The notes beneath the pieces were generated by a model. The model was not told the origin of the DNA. It was given only the letters and a program-made list of their open reading frames with translations, and did no database searches. The position numbers and the translations under genes were made by a program. Shown here one piece after another: positions 63,647-64,000 of a stretch of DNA of 64,000 nucleotides. The stretch is from Puniceicoccales bacterium. GTDB taxonomy: Bacteria > Verrucomicrobiota > Verrucomicrobiia > Opitutales > UBA9783. Within the stretch, counting starts at the first letter, position 1. Every line of letters starts with the position of its first letter. The stretch is taken from positions 91,819-155,818 of the forward strand of contig JAISBA010000005.1 in assembly GCA_031266455.1 (NCBI GenBank). The letters are read 5' to 3'.

Positions 63647-64000
63647 TTATTCTTCATCGTCGGAATCGTCATCAGTAGTATCGTAATCAGTAGTATCGTA
63701 ATCGGTATCATCTTCAGCATCAGCAGCGGCTTCATCTTCAGCCTCATCTTCATCATATTCATCATCGCTTGCGTAAGAGGGCCAATCTGGAAATAAATCT
63801 TCGACATCAAGGGGATCGTCTAAACCAACTTGTTCGAAGCCGTCAGTCATGAATGTAAATACTTGACCTGGATGACTATAAGGACGTATACCTAAACTCA
63901 AGGCCCTGTGGTTTGCACCTCTTGCCAAGCATGCATTCAAGTTACATTCGGGTAAACGCGGGTCAAAATAGTAGGAGTCCCTATCGGCATCATGGGTATC
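63647..64000 (-). CDS. hypothetical protein with poly-acidic C-terminal tail (5' end outside window)
   Basis: The ORF track starts at a TTG at 63940, but the frame stays open to the window edge (DTHDADRDSYYFDPRLPECN...). The C-terminus is E/D/Y/T-rich and includes a 15-nt tandem repeat encoding DYDTT twice. Confidence 0.5.
   Translation of the reverse strand, partial: DTHDADRDSYYFDPRLPECNLNACLARGANHRALSLGIRPYSHPGQVFTFMTDGFEQVGLDDPLDVEDLFPDWPSYASDDEYDEDEAEDEAAADAEDDTDYDTTDYDTTDDDSDDEE

Noticed and set aside
1-64000. Scan for CRISPR arrays, IS elements, prophage genes, rRNA, tmRNA and RNase P RNA
   Set aside because: By eye I saw no regularly spaced direct repeats, no transposase, integrase or phage-like ORFs, and no recognisable structural RNA signatures other than the two tRNAs. 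A covariance-model scan would be needed to exclude small RNAs.

Overview
AT-rich (about 40% GC by eye), densely coding bacterial chromosome segment with genes on both strands. I call about 50 CDS, 2 tRNAs (Cys-GCA, His-GTG) and an rpmG gene too short for the ORF track. I found no rRNA, CRISPR array or intact transposase, integrase or phage gene. The housekeeping backbone includes tkt, a ClpX-like ATPase, an HU/IHF protein, hisS, tyrS, thrS, leuS, thyA-folA, a class B PBP, a Xer recombinase, Tsp protease, a rhomboid, hpf, lpxI, mscS, an ftsB-like gene, a sigma-28-type sigma factor and several transporters (SulP, ABC, APC, MFS, DAACS). The gene content suggests a host-associated or intracellular bacterium, possibly Chlamydiae/PVC-like. 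The clues are sigma-28 without flagellar genes, pseudopilin and ExeA secretion parts, a Cys-rich exported protein, an APC antiporter-like permease and an OTU-domain protein. This taxonomic guess is inference only. Three accessory features stand out. (1) A five-member paralog family lies at three loci (22.2-24.0 kb, 44.1-45.6 kb, 49.5-50.1 kb). Each member has an N-terminal hydrophobic anchor followed by an invariant C-x2-C-x3-H-x4/6-C knuckle and a swappable C-terminal module. One copy is frameshifted, and four copies sit behind a shared ~150-240 bp upstream cassette. (2) A tandem pair of Sec-signal proteins (29.5-32.5 kb) shares a domain with protein-kinase-like motifs, and the second carries a C-terminal OTU cysteine-protease domain. 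This pair sits beside a PAP2 gene and tRNA-His, and a decayed copy of the PAP2 5' end lies at 24.0-24.2 kb beside the paralog island and tRNA-Cys. (3) An ExeA/GspA-type ATPase is followed by two GspB-like membrane proteins. All functional calls come from motif reading of the supplied translations. No database search was run.
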